Origin: Gammaproteobacteria bacterium
GTDB lineage: Bacteria > Pseudomonadota > Gammaproteobacteria > UBA1113
Direction of reading: 5' to 3'
NCBI GenBank assembly: GCA_009885495.1
Contig: VFKP01000036.1
Location: forward strand, 1-41,478
Length of the DNA stretch: 41,478 nt
This document shows, in pieces, positions 8,794-21,188 of the stretch; position 1 is the first letter of the stretch; every line of letters begins with the position of its first letter. The position numbers and the translations under genes were made by a program. The notes under the pieces are model-generated. The model saw only the letters and a program-made list of their open reading frames with translations. It did no database searches and was not told the DNA's origin.

Positions 8794-10749
8794 CTAAAAC
8801 ATCAACCAACCCAATAAAACAATTAAGCCCAAGATCATGATAAAGGCATAATGGTAAAGATAGCCGGTTTGCATGCGCCTTGAAGTTGAAGACATCCAAG
8901 TGATCAGGCGGCCTGCGCCATTAACAAAGAAATTATCGATGATTTGAGAATCGCCCAGATACATAATCGCTGCGGTGCGCTGTCCGCCGCGAACGAAAAA
9001 CCAATCATTAAACATATCAAAACCATATTTATTGATTAAGATGCTGTACATTACACTAAAGCGTTGTGCGCAACGTCCTGGAAAATCGGGCTGTTTAATA
9101 TACGCAAACCAAGCGGTAAAAGCGCCCAATAGAGCAAAATAACAAGGTAGGCTGGTGAATGATCCTAAAATCATATGCCAAGGGCCTTTAAATTCTTCAG
9201 CCATTAATCCTAAAACATTGTTTTGGGGCAATACGTTAATGCTGGAGCCTAAATAACCCTGTGCTGAAAATAACATGGGTTCAATCATAAAATAACCTTG
9301 GATCAGTGAAGGGATGGCTAGAAGTACCAAAGGCAACCAGACCACCCAAGGAGATTCTTGTAGATGATGTTTAAGCTCATGACTCATGCGCTCTTCGCCG
9401 TGAAAGGCCATGAACAAAGCACGAAAACTATAAAGCCCCGTGACAAAACAGCCGAGCAAAACGCAGATATAAGCATAAGAAGCGCCGGGAATAGTGCTGA
9501 ACTTGACCGCTTCAATAATCGCATCTTTAGAAAAGAATCCGGAAAAAGGCGGTATGCCCGATAAAGACAAAGTACCGATCAAAAAGGTGATATACGTGAT
9601 CGGCATATATTTCTTTAAGCCGCCCATATTTCGCAGATCTTGATCATGATGCATCGCAATAATCACTGAGCCTGCGCCCAAGAATAATAAAGCTTTAAAT
9701 GCCGCATGAGTCATCAAGTGAAAAATACTGGCCGCATAAGCTGAAGCGCCAGCCGCGGCCATCATATAGCCCAGTTGAGATAAAGTAGAATAGGCGACAA
9801 CACGTTTAATATCATTTTGCACAATGGCGATTAAACCCGTAAATAAGGCACCGGTCGCACCGATCACTAAAATAAACGTCTGTATAGCGGGTGCGCCCTG
9901 ATACAAAGGTGATAGACGCGCCACCATAAACACACCCGCGGTCACCATGGTGGCCGCATGGATCAAGGCCGAAATGGGTGTAGGGCCTTCCATGGATTCG
10001 GGTAACCATACATGCAAGGGCATTTGTGCCGATTTGGCCATCGCTCCGATAAAAAGAAATAGGCAAATGCAAGATAAGACCGACCAATGTGTGCCCGGTA
10101 AAACAGCATGCGCGCTGATCACTGCCGGCACTCCTGCAAAAACAGGGGCATAATCTAAACTGCCAAAATAACTTAAGACACCCGCAATACCCACCACAAA
10201 ACCAAAATCGCCCACTCGATTCACTAAAAAGGCTTTAAGGCTACCCTGATTGGCAGATTCACGATCGAACCAAAAGCCAATCAATAGATAAGAGACCACC
10301 CCTACACCTTCCCAACCAAAAAACAATTGCAGAAAATTATTAGCAGAAACCAACATCAGCATGGAGAACGTAAACAGAGAAATATAAGCAAAAAAGCGCT
10401 GATAACCGCCATCTTCTGTCATATAGCCCACGCTATAGATATGCACCAATAAAGAGACAAAGGTCACGGTCAGCATCATTAACGCTGTCAGATGGTCAAT
10501 CATAAAGCCGACATTTAAAGTCAGATTCCCACTTTGCGCCCATACATAAAGCACCCCATTATAACTGGCGCCGGTATGAATCACTAAATAGGCCACAATA
10601 ACAGAGATGGCAAAGGAAACTCCCATCAAACCGATGGTTAAGCCATGGGCAAATGTCTTAGAAATATGACGGCAAAAAAGACCCGCTCCCATGGCCCCCA
10701 ATAAAGGCGCCATGATAATCAGCAATGTGAGGAATTTAAGTTGTTCCAT
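8794..10749 (-). CDS. nuoL: NADH-quinone oxidoreductase subunit L
   Basis: WEGVG, NRVGDFG and KSAQMPLHVWLPESMEGPTPISALIHAATMVTAG motifs. Confidence 0.98.
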   Translation of the reverse strand: MEQLKFLTLLIIMAPLLGAMGAGLFCRHISKTFAHGLTIGLMGVSFAISVIVAYLVIHTGASYNGVLYVWAQSGNLTLNVGFMIDHLTALMMLTVTFVSLLVHIYSVGYMTEDGGYQRFFAYISLFTFSMLMLVSANNFLQLFFGWEGVGVVSYLLIGFWFDRESANQGSLKAFLVNRVGDFGFVVGIAGVLSYFGSLDYAPVFAGVPAVISAHAVLPGTHWSVLSCICLFLFIGAMAKSAQMPLHVWLPESMEGPTPISALIHAATMVTAGVFMVARLSPLYQGAPAIQTFILVIGATGALFTGLIAIVQNDIKRVVAYSTLSQLGYMMAAAGASAYAASIFHLMTHAAFKALLFLGAGSVIIAMHHDQDLRNMGGLKKYMPITYITFLIGTLSLSGIPPFSGFFSKDAIIEAVKFSTIPGASYAYICVLLGCFVTGLYSFRALFMAFHGEERMSHELKHHLQESPWVVWLPLVLLAIPSLIQGYFMIEPMLFSAQGYLGSSINVLPQNNVLGLMAEEFKGPWHMILGSFTSLPCYFALLGAFTAWFAYIKQPDFPGRCAQRFSVMYSILINKYGFDMFNDWFFVRGGQRTAAIMYLGDSQIIDNFFVNGAGRLITWMSSTSRRMQTGYLYHYAFIMILGLIVLLGWLMF

Positions 10750-10756
10750 GAATGCC

Positions 10757-11062
10757 CTACCCTTTTAACGTATTCAATTCGGAGATATGGATCGATTGTT
10801 TCAAGCGATACAACACAATCAAAATGGCTAAGCCAATGGCGGTTTCAGCCGCCGCCACAGTCAAGATAAAGAAAACAAACACTTGTCCAGCACTGTCTTG
10901 TAAAAAACTGGAAAAAGCAATGAAATTCATATTCACCGCCAAGAGCATCAATTCAATACTCATCAAGACAATGATCAGGTTCTTGCGATTGATGACCAAA
11001 CCGGCCAAGCTGAGGCCAAATAAGATAGCCCCTACAATCAGATAATCGGTTAAAGATATCAT
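10757..11062 (-). CDS. nuoK: NADH-quinone oxidoreductase subunit K
   Basis: [12 protein letters not shown] and [12 protein letters not shown] motifs; 101 aa. Confidence 0.98.
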   Translation of the reverse strand: MISLTDYLIVGAILFGLSLAGLVINRKNLIIVLMSIELMLLAVNMNFIAFSSFLQDSAGQVFVFFILTVAAAETAIGLAILIVLYRLKQSIHISELNTLKG

Positions 11063-11064
11063 TT

Positions 11065-11664
11065 TTATTCTTCTGCCTCCATATCAATAATGGTCAAGCG
11101 ATCTTTTTTATTCGCTTTCAATTGTTCGCTAATACGTTGTCGTTTATTGTTTTCTTTCTCGCGATGCGTCAGACCAATGGCCGCTACAATCGCTATCAAC
11201 AAAATCACTGCGGCCAATTCAAAGGCGTAGAAATAATGCGTGTACAACAACATTCCCAGGGCTTTGGTATTGCTATAATCGGCCGAATGATGGCTGCTCA
11301 TGGCTTGTCCCAAATCACCTAAATGTGTTGATTTGACACTAAAGATTAAAATCGCCACCATCAAGACGACTAAGATGAGCGCAATCGGTAAATAACGCAC
11401 AAATTTTTCTTGCACGGTTTCTTGATCCAAATTCAACATCATCACCACAAACATGAACAAAGTCATCACTGCACCCACATACACGAAAATTAAAAGCAAT
11501 GATAAAAATTCAGCTTCTAACAACATCCACAGCACGGCGCTGGAGCAAAAAGCGACGATTAAAAATAATGCCGCGCGCACCGATTGGCGTGAAAAAATCA
11601 CCATGCTGGCACTGCCTATTAAAATCGCAGAAAACACATAAAACACTAATTTTTCAACACTCAT
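11065..11664 (-). CDS. nuoJ: NADH-quinone oxidoreductase subunit J
   Basis: AEFL...[17 protein letters not shown] and FELAAVILL motifs. Confidence 0.97.
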   Translation of the reverse strand: MSVEKLVFYVFSAILIGSASMVIFSRQSVRAALFLIVAFCSSAVLWMLLEAEFLSLLLIFVYVGAVMTLFMFVVMMLNLDQETVQEKFVRYLPIALILVVLMVAILIFSVKSTHLGDLGQAMSSHHSADYSNTKALGMLLYTHYFYAFELAAVILLIAIVAAIGLTHREKENNKRQRISEQLKANKKDRLTIIDMEAEE

Positions 11665-11675
11665 CGTCTTTATTC

Positions 11676-12164
11676 CTATCGGTAAGCTGCATCATCGCTG
11701 CGCGCTTTGGCAATTTCTTTTTCATAGCGATCGCCAATGGCCAAGAGCATGGGTTTGGTCATAATATTTTCACCCCGGTTTTCAAAATGATACTGACTCC
11801 AATGGGTTTCGACAATAGAATCTACTGGACAAGATTCTTCACAAAAGCCACAGTAAATACATTTGAATAAATCAATATCATAACGCGTGGTGCGTCTGGA
11901 ACCGTCTTCCCGGGGTTCTGCCTCAATGGTGATCGCCAAAGCAGGGCAAACGGCTTCGCAGAGTTTGCAAGCAATGCAGCGCTCTTCACCATTGGCATAA
12001 CGTCTTAAAGCGTGTAAGCCACGAAAACGCGGCGAGATCGGCGTTTGTTCTTCGGGATATTGAATGGTGATTTTTTTAGAAAGCACGTATTTACCCGTGA
12101 CTTTTAAGCCCATCAATAATTCCCAAAGCATGAAACTTTTTACGAGTTCTTTAAACGAGCGCAT
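11676..12164 (-). CDS. nuoI: NADH-quinone oxidoreductase subunit I (162 aa)
   Basis: Two CxxCxxCxxxCP clusters. Start placed at ATG 12164 (GAGG RBS); the longer ORF to 12335 runs through repeats. Confidence 0.97.
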   Translation of the reverse strand: MRSFKELVKSFMLWELLMGLKVTGKYVLSKKITIQYPEEQTPISPRFRGLHALRRYANGEERCIACKLCEAVCPALAITIEAEPREDGSRRTTRYDIDLFKCIYCGFCEESCPVDSIVETHWSQYHFENRGENIMTKPMLLAIGDRYEKEIAKARSDDAAYR

Positions 12165-12190
12165 CTTTATCCTCATTAAACACTTATTAG

Positions 12191-12280
12191 CCCTCTCCCC
12201 CAACCCCTCTCCCGGAGTACCGGGCGAGGGGAGTTTCCACTTTCTCCAGACAGTACTGCAGAGTACTGGGCGAGAGGAAA
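12191..12280 (+). repeat. Family-A repeat followed by a related CAGTACTG-type unit
   Basis: CCCTCTCCCCCAACCCCTCTCCCGGAGTACCGGGCGAGGGGAG (12191-12233), then TTTCCACTTTCTCCAGACAGTACTGCAGAGTACTGGGCGAGAGG, which is the reverse complement of the unit at 41394. Confidence 0.9.
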
Positions 12281-12310
12281 ACTCCTCATCTTTCAGAGTA
12301 CTGCCTAGCT

Positions 12311-12400
12311 TTATCGTCATTGCGAGCCTAGCCAAGCAATCCAGGAAAAATAATAATTCTCTGGATTGCCACGTCGTTACACTCCTCGCAATGACGATAA
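12311..12400. repeat. Family-B (GTCATTGCGAG, RPE-like) palindromic element between nuoH and nuoI
   Basis: Perfect 16-bp terminal IR TTATCGTCATTGCGAG/CTCGCAATGACGATAA plus inner IR GCAATCCAG/CTGGATTGC. Confidence 0.9.
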
Positions 12401-12456
12401 GTTACGACCTTTCTCTTCTTACTTCGAAGAGATAATTCTCTTAGCGCCTCTAATCC

Positions 12457-13482
12457 CTAAGAAAACCAGGGACCGACTTTACATTCAATTAATAATCCTA
12501 AAACCACTATCCAGACAATCGTGACCGGGATCAAAACCTTCCAACCCAAATGCATGATTTGATCGTAACGATAACGTGGGAAAGTGGCTCGCAGCCAGAC
12601 ATATAGAAATAAAAACCCAGCCATTTTAGCAAAGAACCAAAATATTCCCGGCACCCAGGAAAACAATGTGCCTAACAGAGGAATACCTTCAAAAGGAGAT
12701 AACCAACCGCCAAAAAATAATAAGCTGGCCAAAGCACTGATTAAGATCATATTGGCGTATTCAGCTAAAAAGAAAATGGCAAAACTCATCCCCGAATATT
12801 CCACATGAAATCCAGCGACAATTTCTGCTTCACCTTCCGCCATATCAAAAGGCAGGCGATTGGTTTCAGCCACACCCGAGATCCAATAGACTACAAATAA
12901 AGGCAATAAAGGCAACCAATACCAATGCCAAAACCCACCTTGTTGATGCAGAACAATGTCTTGTAAATTAGTGCTGTCTGCGGCCATCAAAACACCCACC
13001 AGCGCAAACCCCATGGCAATTTCATAAGACACCACTTGGGCCGCCGAACGCATCGCGCCTAAAAGGGCATATTTTGAATTTGAAGCCCAGCCGGCCATCA
13101 GAATGCCATAAACGCCTAAAGAGGTTAAGGCCAAGACATATAAAATGCTGGCATTCACATTGGCTAAGATCCAACCTTTGTTAAAAGGGATCACCGCCCA
13201 GGCAGCCGCCGCCGTGGCGAAAGAAACCAAGGGCGCCAATAAAAAAATAATCGGATTGGCTTTGCTGGGAATAATAATTTCTTTGAAAAACAGTTTAACG
13301 CCATCCGCCAAAGGTTGTAGCAAACCAAACAAACCCACACGGTTAGGCCCTATACGCACATGCGCATAAGCCAAAATTTTACGCTCGGCTAAAGTCATAT
13401 AGGCCACAGCACCCAAAAGCGGTATGGCAATCAATAAAATCTTAAGAACAATCCACAGTAAATCTATCAATACATTGATCAT
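12457..13482 (-). CDS. nuoH: NADH-quinone oxidoreductase subunit H
   Basis: ERK...[16 protein letters not shown] and [15 protein letters not shown] motifs. Start ATG 13482 with AAAGGAG RBS. Confidence 0.98.
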   Translation of the reverse strand: MINVLIDLLWIVLKILLIAIPLLGAVAYMTLAERKILAYAHVRIGPNRVGLFGLLQPLADGVKLFFKEIIIPSKANPIIFLLAPLVSFATAAAAWAVIPFNKGWILANVNASILYVLALTSLGVYGILMAGWASNSKYALLGAMRSAAQVVSYEIAMGFALVGVLMAADSTNLQDIVLHQQGGFWHWYWLPLLPLFVVYWISGVAETNRLPFDMAEGEAEIVAGFHVEYSGMSFAIFFLAEYANMILISALASLLFFGGWLSPFEGIPLLGTLFSWVPGIFWFFAKMAGFLFLYVWLRATFPRYRYDQIMHLGWKVLIPVTIVWIVVLGLLIECKVGPWFS

Positions 13483-13495
13483 CTTAAATGCTCCT

Positions 13496-15838
13496 TTATC
13501 CTTTATGGCCAGCAATCTGAACCGGGGAAATCGCCGAGGCTAAGCCTTGCGTCTCTTCAAATCCCATGGGCCAATATAGGGTTTTTTCTGGAACGCGCGG
13601 ATCAAGATTGAGAATCAATTGCGTTCTACTGCCCTCTTGCTCACAAAAAATAGTGTCTCCCGCCTTCAAGCCATGCGTTTGTGCAGTCTTGGGATTTAAA
13701 AGCACGCAAGCCTCTTCTGTCAAAGCGCAAGCTTGCAAAGGTGCTGAACGTCGCACCAAAGGATCGGCACGATACATAGGCCAATAAGGCAATACTTTCA
13801 AACCTGTTTGCAGATCCGCTAAGCGATCATTCAAAGCAGATGAAACTTTTGATGAGTTCTGATCTTTAGCCTGTTCTTTAATTTCTAAAGACACTTGTTC
13901 CCAGTTTTCATATTCAAATCCAGGATAATGCCCCAAGTTTCCTAAAACACGCAATACTTTCCAGGCCGGTCGAGCCTGGCCTTTGGGATTGACTGCGGCT
14001 TTAAAGGTTTGCCAAGAACCTTCAAAATTCACAAAACTACCGGCATATTCAGAAAATGCAGCGATTGGTAAGAGCACATCGGCATATTCCAGCATTTTTG
14101 GAGTCTTAAACGCCGATAATACGATGACAGATTCAGCCTGGTGCAAAGCTTCTAAAGCCCAATGCGGATGAGTGCAATCAAATTCAGGTTCTACACCCAA
14201 AAGAACATAAGCGGATAATTTTGCTTTCCAAAAATCTAGACTTGAAATGTTTTTATCCTTAGGCAGACTCCCCGCAATGCAAGCCCCTGTGCTATTAGCG
14301 CCAGGGCTTAAAATCATCAGTTTAGCGCCCCAACGTTCACAGAGCCAATGTAAACATTCTTGGATTAAATGAGCTTGTGGCGCTTGGCTTGCCAAAGCAC
14401 CCATAATCATGAGTTTTTGACCTTCTTTTTGCAATACAGCAGCGATCATGGACATTTTTGCTTGCACCAATGCAGGCACATCCGCCGACTCTTTCAATAA
14501 AGGCCAGATATTCTCTTCGCCTGATTTTAAAGAATGTTTCATCATCCAGACTAAGGCGTGCAACATTTCCTGGGCTTCAACAATGCAGGTCTGCTGTTGT
14601 TCAAAGGTAAAGTTAAAATCAATAGGGTTTAAGCTGACAATAGCGGCTCCTTGCAAAGCCGCTTTGCGTAAACGTAATCCTAATAAAGGCATCTCACGTT
14701 GAGGATCACAACCCAGAATAAAAACAGCATCCATCGATTCAACTTCAGCGATTTTCGCCGCTAGGGGATCGCTCAAATTTAAATCTCTCCCCATTAAGGG
14801 GTCGACATAACGCAAACGATGATCGATCTTATCACTGCCCAAAGCGCGAATGTATTTTTGAAAAAGGTAGTGCTCTTCAATGCTGACCTGAGGCGAAACC
14901 AAAGCGGCAATTTGTTCTGCACCTTTTTCATGTTGGATCTTATGCAGCGCTTCATGTGCGAAAGCCAAAGCTTCGGCCCAATCACAAGTTTGCCAATGGC
15001 CATTTTTTTTGATCATGGGTTCAAGTAAACGATCTTCACTGGCTAAACCGGCATAACTGAAGCGATCGCGATCGCTGGCCCAGGTTTCATTTAAGGCTTC
15101 ATTTTCTCTAGGGACCACCCGCATGACTTCGTCGCGCCGTGTGTGCAAATAAATATGCGCGCCCAAAGCATCATGAGCTGAAATGCTGGGATGCTGAGTG
15201 AGTTCCCAAGCCCGGGCTTTAAATCGAAAAGGTTTTGAAGTCAGTGCGCCCACAGGGCATAAATCAATGATATTACCTGAGACTTCTGAGATCAGATGCT
15301 CTTCAATATAAGTGCCCACTTCGCTGGTCTCGCCACGTCCGGTAACCCCCATTTCCACCATGCCGGCCACTTCTTCGCCGAAACGCACACAGCGAGTGCA
15401 TAGAATACAGCGAGTCATATCCGTGGAAATTAAAGATCCTAAATTCTTATCTTTGACCACCCGTTTGCCTTCGCTAAAACGTGAAATATCTTTGCCATAA
15501 CCCATGGCCAGATCTTGTAATTCACATTCACCGCCTTGATCGCAGATGGGACAATCCAAAGGATGGTTAATCAGTAAAAATTCCATCACTGCTTTTTGTG
15601 CTTGAAGAGCGGCTTGTGTTTGTGTATGCACGACCATACCTTCAGTGATGGGTGTAGCGCAGGCCGGTAAAGGCTTTCGCGAGTTGGCCACATCAACCAA
15701 ACACATGCGACAATTGGCCGCGATGGATAATTTTTTATGATAACAAAACCGTGGGATTTTAACGCCGACTTTATCGGCCGCCTCGATGATCATACTCCCA
15801 GGTTCAGCTTGTACTTTTTTGCCGTCAATTTCAATCAT
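13496..15838 (-). CDS. nuoG: NADH-quinone oxidoreductase subunit G
   Basis: [29 protein letters not shown] and CILCTRC...CPVGAL Fe-S motifs. Confidence 0.98.
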   Translation of the reverse strand: MIEIDGKKVQAEPGSMIIEAADKVGVKIPRFCYHKKLSIAANCRMCLVDVANSRKPLPACATPITEGMVVHTQTQAALQAQKAVMEFLLINHPLDCPICDQGGECELQDLAMGYGKDISRFSEGKRVVKDKNLGSLISTDMTRCILCTRCVRFGEEVAGMVEMGVTGRGETSEVGTYIEEHLISEVSGNIIDLCPVGALTSKPFRFKARAWELTQHPSISAHDALGAHIYLHTRRDEVMRVVPRENEALNETWASDRDRFSYAGLASEDRLLEPMIKKNGHWQTCDWAEALAFAHEALHKIQHEKGAEQIAALVSPQVSIEEHYLFQKYIRALGSDKIDHRLRYVDPLMGRDLNLSDPLAAKIAEVESMDAVFILGCDPQREMPLLGLRLRKAALQGAAIVSLNPIDFNFTFEQQQTCIVEAQEMLHALVWMMKHSLKSGEENIWPLLKESADVPALVQAKMSMIAAVLQKEGQKLMIMGALASQAPQAHLIQECLHWLCERWGAKLMILSPGANSTGACIAGSLPKDKNISSLDFWKAKLSAYVLLGVEPEFDCTHPHWALEALHQAESVIVLSAFKTPKMLEYADVLLPIAAFSEYAGSFVNFEGSWQTFKAAVNPKGQARPAWKVLRVLGNLGHYPGFEYENWEQVSLEIKEQAKDQNSSKVSSALNDRLADLQTGLKVLPYWPMYRADPLVRRSAPLQACALTEEACVLLNPKTAQTHGLKAGDTIFCEQEGSRTQLILNLDPRVPEKTLYWPMGFEETQGLASAISPVQIAGHKG

Positions 15839-17120
15839 GATGGGCTCCGCCTAAATCACATTGGCCTGTTGTAATATGATGTTCGAATTCAGGGCGAAAA
15901 TGTTGAATGAAACTGCGCACGGGCATGGCTGCAGCATCACCCAAAGCGCAGATGGTACGCCCCATAATATTTTCCGCAACATTGTCCAATAAATTTAAAT
16001 GTTCCATGCGACCTTGTCCATGTAAAATCCGATGTAAAATACGCGACATCCAGCCCGTACCCTCACGGCAAGGCGTACATTGACCACAGGATTCTTCAAA
16101 ATAGAAATGCGCAATCCGCGCTAAAACTTTCACCATGCAGGCGGTTTCATCCATAATGATCACAGCCCCTGAGCCCAACATCGACCCCGCTTGTGCCAAG
16201 CTGTCAAAATCCATATCTAATTTCATCATGACAGCAGCGGGTAAAATCGGTGCCGAAGAACCGCCAGGGATCACGGCTTTTAAAGCATGGCCATTACGAA
16301 CACCACCGGCCATTTCTAAAAGATCTTTAAAGGGTAAACCCAGAGGCACTTCGAAATTGCCCGGTCGATTGACATGTCCGGAGACACAGAAAATTTTAGT
16401 GCCTCCATTTTTAGGTTTGCCCTGCTCTAAGAACCATTGGGCCCCTTTTTCTAAAATCACCGGAACTGAAGCAAAGGTTTCGGTATTATTAATTGTGGTA
16501 GGACAACCGTATAGACCATAACTGGCCGGAAAAGGCGGTTTAAATCGGGGATTACCGCGTTTACCTTCCAATGATTCTAAAAGTGCGGTTTCTTCACCAC
16601 AAATATAAGCCCCTGCGCCGATATGATGATATAAATCAAAATCAACTTTTGATTTAAGAATATCCTTACCCAAAAAGCCCGCAGCATAAGCTTCTTCCAA
16701 GGCTTCAACAAAACGATCAATGGGTTCATTAAATTCACCCCGAATATAATTATACCCCACTGTCGCACCCATGACATAACCGGCAATCGCCATGCCTTCG
16801 ATCAGTTGATGAGGATTGTAACGTAGAATATCTCGATCTTTACAGGTTCCAGGTTCCCCTTCATCAGAATTACAGACCACATATTTTTGCCCCGGCATAC
16901 TGCGTGAAATAAAGCTCCATTTTAAACCGGTGGGAAAACCCGCCCCCCCCCGGCCTCGTAAAAAAGAAGCTTTGATTTGTTCTACAATCAGTTCAGGCGC
17001 TGTATTTTCTTTAAGAATTTTTTTCCAGATCTGATAACCCCCTAGGCTCTCATAGGTTGCAAGGGTCCAGGGCTCTGGCAAAGCATTGGCTCTAAAGCAG
17101 ACTTGATCGACAGCTATCAT
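15831..17120 (-). CDS. nuoF: NADH-quinone oxidoreductase subunit F
   Basis: [26 protein letters not shown] and [12 protein letters not shown] motifs. Confidence 0.98.
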   Translation of the reverse strand: MIAVDQVCFRANALPEPWTLATYESLGGYQIWKKILKENTAPELIVEQIKASFLRGRGGAGFPTGLKWSFISRSMPGQKYVVCNSDEGEPGTCKDRDILRYNPHQLIEGMAIAGYVMGATVGYNYIRGEFNEPIDRFVEALEEAYAAGFLGKDILKSKVDFDLYHHIGAGAYICGEETALLESLEGKRGNPRFKPPFPASYGLYGCPTTINNTETFASVPVILEKGAQWFLEQGKPKNGGTKIFCVSGHVNRPGNFEVPLGLPFKDLLEMAGGVRNGHALKAVIPGGSSAPILPAAVMMKLDMDFDSLAQAGSMLGSGAVIIMDETACMVKVLARIAHFYFEESCGQCTPCREGTGWMSRILHRILHGQGRMEHLNLLDNVAENIMGRTICALGDAAAMPVRSFIQHFRPEFEHHITTGQCDLGGAHHD

Positions 17121-17124
17121 CTCT

Positions 17125-17658
17125 TTACTCCAATCCTGCTAATAAATCATCTATTTTTTTAGGGGTTAAATGTTCGTGAAAACAAGTCCCCAATTGTAAA
17201 ACTGGGGCATTGACACAGGCACCCAAACATTCGACTTCCTTTAAAGTAAATTTCATATCTTCGCTGGTTTGCCCCAGATCGAGATTGAGGCGTTTTTTAA
17301 GATGCGCCACAATCTCATCGCTACCATTTAATAAACAAGAGACATTGGTGCAGACACAGAGTTTATGGCGGCCCACAGGTTTCAATTCAAACATGCTGTA
17401 GAAAGTAGCCACTTCAAAGACTTGAATGACCGGCAAACCTAAATATTCAGCCACTACCGCCATCGCCGATTCTGATAACCAACCGCCATTGGCGGCTTGA
17501 GCAATATGTAAGGCCGGGATCACCGCAGAACGTCTTTGTTCAGAAGGATATTGCGCACACCATTTATCAAGGGCTATTCTATCTTCGCGACTGAATTGAA
17601 AACCGTTTTGATCGATCTGATTTTCGTTACCTGTAATTTCGCTGATTGTATTGTCCAT
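17125..17658 (-). CDS. nuoE: NADH-quinone oxidoreductase subunit E
   Basis: [15 protein letters not shown] and ECLGAC 2Fe-2S motifs. Confidence 0.97.
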   Translation of the reverse strand: MDNTISEITGNENQIDQNGFQFSREDRIALDKWCAQYPSEQRRSAVIPALHIAQAANGGWLSESAMAVVAEYLGLPVIQVFEVATFYSMFELKPVGRHKLCVCTNVSCLLNGSDEIVAHLKKRLNLDLGQTSEDMKFTLKEVECLGACVNAPVLQLGTCFHEHLTPKKIDDLLAGLE

Positions 17659-18911
17659 TAGCGATCAATCTCCCCAAATACAATATCTTGACTGGATAAA
17701 ATAGAGACCACATCGGCAATCATATGACCGCGACTCATTTCATCCAAGGAAGCCAAATGACTGAAGCCTGGCGCACGGATCTTTAATCGATACGGTTTAT
17801 TAGCACCATCCGACACTAAATAAACACCAAATTCACCCTTAGGATGTTCTACCGCAGCATACGCTTCGCCGGCAGGAATAGTATACCCTTCAGTGAATAA
17901 TTTAAAGTGGTGGATCAAAGCTTCCATACTGGATTTCATAGTTTGCCGATCAGGAGGAGCGACTTTCGCATCGTTTAATATCACGGGCCCTGGATTTTTA
18001 GACAACCAATCGATGCATTGCAAAATAATACGATTGGATTGACGCATTTCTTCTACACGCACCAAATACCGATCATAGCAATCCCCATTTTTGCCAATGG
18101 GAATATCAAATTTTAGATCGGCATACACTTCATAAGGTTGTTTTTTACGAAGATCCCAGGCAATTCCAGAACCTCGCAACATGGGACCGGTAAATCCTAA
18201 TTGCAATGCTCGCTCGGCAGTCACCACGCCCACATCGACCGTTCTTTGTTTCCAAATACGATTATCAGTGAGCAAAGTTTCATATTCATCGACACGTTGT
18301 GGAAAGCGATCGCAAAAGGCTTTTAGAAAATCCAATAAACTGCCCTGCCTTGGTGCATTCATTTCCCGCACATCGGCTTCTTTGCGCCATGCCGAAGCGG
18401 CATATTGTGGCATTTTAGAAGGCAGATCGCGATAAACACCACCCGGCCGATAATAGGTGGCATGCATTCTGGCTCCGGAAACGGCCTCATAGCAATCTAA
18501 AAGATCTTCACGTTCACGGAATGTATATAAAAATACAGCCATAGCACCGATATCTAAGGCATGCGCGCCCAACCACAATAAATGATTCAATAAGCGCGTC
18601 ACTTCATCAAACATCACTCGAATATATTGTGCGCGAATAGGAGGTGTCACCCCTAATAATTTTTCAATCGCTAAGACATAGCCATGCTCATTACACATCA
18701 TCGACACATAATCTAGGCGATCCATATAGCCGATACTTTGATTATAAGGTTTGGTTTCTGCTAATTTTTCAGTGGCCCGATGCAATAAACCTATATGAGG
18801 ATCGGCTCTGCGGATCACCTCGCCTTCAGTTTCCAGCACTAAACGCAAGACACCATGTGCTGCGGGATGTTGTGGACCAAAATTTAAAGTGTAATGGTGC
18901 ATCTCAGACAT
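17658..18911 (-). CDS. nuoD: NADH-quinone oxidoreductase subunit D
   Basis: [22 protein letters not shown] and C-terminal DIVFGEIDR. Confidence 0.98.
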   Translation of the reverse strand: MSEMHHYTLNFGPQHPAAHGVLRLVLETEGEVIRRADPHIGLLHRATEKLAETKPYNQSIGYMDRLDYVSMMCNEHGYVLAIEKLLGVTPPIRAQYIRVMFDEVTRLLNHLLWLGAHALDIGAMAVFLYTFREREDLLDCYEAVSGARMHATYYRPGGVYRDLPSKMPQYAASAWRKEADVREMNAPRQGSLLDFLKAFCDRFPQRVDEYETLLTDNRIWKQRTVDVGVVTAERALQLGFTGPMLRGSGIAWDLRKKQPYEVYADLKFDIPIGKNGDCYDRYLVRVEEMRQSNRIILQCIDWLSKNPGPVILNDAKVAPPDRQTMKSSMEALIHHFKLFTEGYTIPAGEAYAAVEHPKGEFGVYLVSDGANKPYRLKIRAPGFSHLASLDEMSRGHMIADVVSILSSQDIVFGEIDR

Positions 18912-19647
18912 GAGCTTCCTCCATTGGCTGATAACGACTGTCTTCGCGGATCACTTTGGGAACCAATACGCGGGGAGCAATACTCACGGGTTGATAAATA
19001 ACGCGCTCGCTGGCTTTATCATACCGCATTTCCAGATAACCTGAAACCGGAAAATCTTTACGAAAAGGATGACCAATAAATCCATAATCCGTCAGAATAC
19101 GGCGCAGATCAGGATGTCCTTCAAATAAAAATCCAAATAGGTCAAACGCTTCTCGCTCAAACCAATCGGCAGAATGCCATACCGGCATCACAGAGGGAAG
19201 ACGCAAATCTTCTGCAGGCAGAAACACCTTTAAGCGTAATCGTTGATTCAAACTCACAGACAATAAATGGTAGACCACGGCAAAACGAGGTCCTTCAAAA
19301 ACAGCATTCACTAAACCTTCTGGGTTCAAGGCTCTTTCAAAACCCGACCCGCTGGCTTCATCGGTCAGCCATTCTGTGCTGCCATACTGTAAATAATCAA
19401 GGCCACAGACATCGAGCAATTGTTCAAACTGCAAACCTTCGGTATCGCGTAGCGCTTTGGAGATGGCGATCAACTCTGAAGCTTTTAAGACTAAAGTCAA
19501 TTCTTCCTTGGCAAATTGTAAATACAGGGTCTTAGCTGCTGCTGTTTCCGGTAAAACAGCTAAATCATGATCAACACAAGTAAACTCATAACCTTTAGCA
19601 CAAAAATCCTGGATTATTTTTTCTTTAAGGGTTGTCAAATTTTTCAT
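18904..19647 (-). CDS. nuoC: NADH-quinone oxidoreductase subunit C
   Basis: [11 protein letters not shown]...[23 protein letters not shown]. Confidence 0.97.
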   Translation of the reverse strand: MKNLTTLKEKIIQDFCAKGYEFTCVDHDLAVLPETAAAKTLYLQFAKEELTLVLKASELIAISKALRDTEGLQFEQLLDVCGLDYLQYGSTEWLTDEASGSGFERALNPEGLVNAVFEGPRFAVVYHLLSVSLNQRLRLKVFLPAEDLRLPSVMPVWHSADWFEREAFDLFGFLFEGHPDLRRILTDYGFIGHPFRKDFPVSGYLEMRYDKASERVIYQPVSIAPRVLVPKVIREDSRYQPMEEAHV

Positions 19648-19656
19648 GCTGATGAT

Positions 19657-20187
19657 TTATCCTTTAATGAGCTCATCCTGCGGATCACAAAAAATCCGAC
19701 GAGTTGTTTTAATTTTGTTTTGCAACTGAATGATACCATAGACCAAAGCTTCAGCCGTTGGAGGACAGCCGGGAACATAAATATCCACGGGAACAATGCG
19801 ATCACAGCCTCTGACCACAGAATAAGAATAATGATAATAGCCGCCGCCATTGGCGCAAGAGCCCATAGAGATCACCCAACGCGGTTCTGCCATTTGATCG
19901 TAAACCCGTCTTAAAGCCGGGGCCATCTTGTTACAGAGCGTCCCGGCAACAATCATCACATCAGATTGACGCGGGCTAGGTCTAAACATCACTCCAAAGC
20001 GATCCACATCATAACGGGCTGCAGCAGAATGCATCATTTCAACTGCGCAACAAGCCAAGCCAAAGGTCACAGGCCACATCGAACCACTGCGTGCCCAACC
20101 GACTAATTTTTCTAATGAGGTGGTGACAAAGCCTTGCTGCTGCATCGCTTCCGGCTGAAAAATTTCAGCGGCGTGGTCTACTCCCAT
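19657..20187 (-). CDS. nuoB: NADH-quinone oxidoreductase subunit B
   Basis: [20 protein letters not shown] and VPGCPP motifs. Start ATG 20187 overlaps the nuoA stop. Confidence 0.97.
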   Translation of the reverse strand: MGVDHAAEIFQPEAMQQQGFVTTSLEKLVGWARSGSMWPVTFGLACCAVEMMHSAAARYDVDRFGVMFRPSPRQSDVMIVAGTLCNKMAPALRRVYDQMAEPRWVISMGSCANGGGYYHYSYSVVRGCDRIVPVDIYVPGCPPTAEALVYGIIQLQNKIKTTRRIFCDPQDELIKG

Positions 20188-20534
20188 TCTAATGCCCCTT
20201 TTTTCCATTCAAAAATAAAGCCAATAACCAATAAGCTTAAAAAAACCATCATGCTTAAAAATCCAAACCAGCCGATCTGACGTAAGACTACAGCCCAAGG
20301 AAATAAAAATCCGGTTTCTAAATCAAACAGAATGAATAGAATAGCCACTAAATAATATCGAATATCAAAGGGCATCCGTGCATCTTCAAAGGCTGGAAAA
20401 CCACATTCATAAGGTGCATTTTTGACTGCGTCGGGTTTATGGGGGCCGAGAATAAATCCGCCCAGAATAGGGACCAAAGCCAAAATAACGGCCAAGCCCA
20501 AAAAGACAAGGATAGGTGCATACTGAGTCAACAT
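20178..20534 (-). CDS. nuoA: NADH-quinone oxidoreductase subunit A
   Basis: YECGF, FDLE...FPWA and KKGALEWE motifs. Confidence 0.98.
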   Translation of the reverse strand: MLTQYAPILVFLGLAVILALVPILGGFILGPHKPDAVKNAPYECGFPAFEDARMPFDIRYYLVAILFILFDLETGFLFPWAVVLRQIGWFGFLSMMVFLSLLVIGFIFEWKKGALEWE

Positions 20535-20634
20535 ATCATATTTTCCTTATACTGCGGTTGTAACTGCTCAGATCATTTCCCAGAAAAACCCCTAATCAAA
20601 TGTGAGAGTTTAGAACTCATAAAGAATTTCGTAA

Positions 20635-20677
20635 CCCTCTCCCCCAACCCCTCTCCCAGAGTACTGGGCGAGGGGAG
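20635..20677 (+). repeat. Family-A repeat between tRNA-Leu and nuoA
   Basis: Identical to the 43-bp copy at 8681-8723. Confidence 0.92.
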
Positions 20678-20717
20678 TTTTGGCTGACCCTGAAAAGGAT
20701 GCAGTTAACTTTAAATT

Positions 20718-20803
20718 TGGTGCCGAAGGCCGGACTCGAACCGGCACAGCTTTACGCCACTGCCCCCTCAAGACAGCGTGTCTACCAATTCCACCACTTC
20801 GGC
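20718..20803 (-). tRNA. tRNA-Leu (anticodon GAG)
   Basis: GCCGAAGTGGTGGAATTGGTAGAC...CTGTC-TTGAGGG-GGCAG, long variable arm, GGTTCGAGTCC, encoded CCA. Sits in the conserved secG-tRNA-Leu-nuoA order. Confidence 0.96.
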
Positions 20804-20810
20804 TGAATGA

Positions 20811-21188
20811 TTATTGAGAACCGTTGTTATCATTCGGTGCTTGAGGCAAAGCAAAACCCGTTTGATCTGTTTTTCCTTTTGAACTGCTGTCCATTGGCAA
20901 TGCCGAGGTATTAGAAATCGGCAGCGGCAAGATATCAGCGTTTTGTTGTTTTTGACTCTGCGCTGCACCTTCATGTCCTAGAATAATGCTGGTTGCAAAA
21001 AAAACAAAAGCCACGAATCCCGTCAGTTTTAAAAGAAAACTGGCTGAGCCCGGGCTGCCAAATACTGTATTTGAAGCACCTGAGCCAAAAGCGGCGCCCA
21101 TATCAGAACCTTTACCTTGCTGTAACAAGACTAAGGCCAAAATCGAGAAACAGGCTACCACATGAACAACCAATAATATAAGTTCCAT
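20811..21188 (-). CDS. secG: Preprotein translocase subunit SecG
   Basis: VLLQQGKGSDMGAAFGSGASNTVFGS motif with two TM segments; ATGA overlap with tpiA. Confidence 0.96.
   Translation of the reverse strand: MELILLVVHVVACFSILALVLLQQGKGSDMGAAFGSGASNTVFGSPGSASFLLKLTGFVAFVFFATSIILGHEGAAQSQKQQNADILPLPISNTSALPMDSSSKGKTDQTGFALPQAPNDNNGSQ

Noticed and set aside
12165-12335. 57-aa N-terminal extension of NuoI translated through the repeats
   Set aside because: It starts at a TTG inside the family-B palindrome. ATG 12164 has an RBS and gives the normal ~162-aa NuoI.
5625-20687. Many short antisense or alternative-frame ORFs over the nuo genes (and likewise over the liu genes)
   Set aside because: They are shadow ORFs of well-conserved genes, with no RBS or recognisable motifs.
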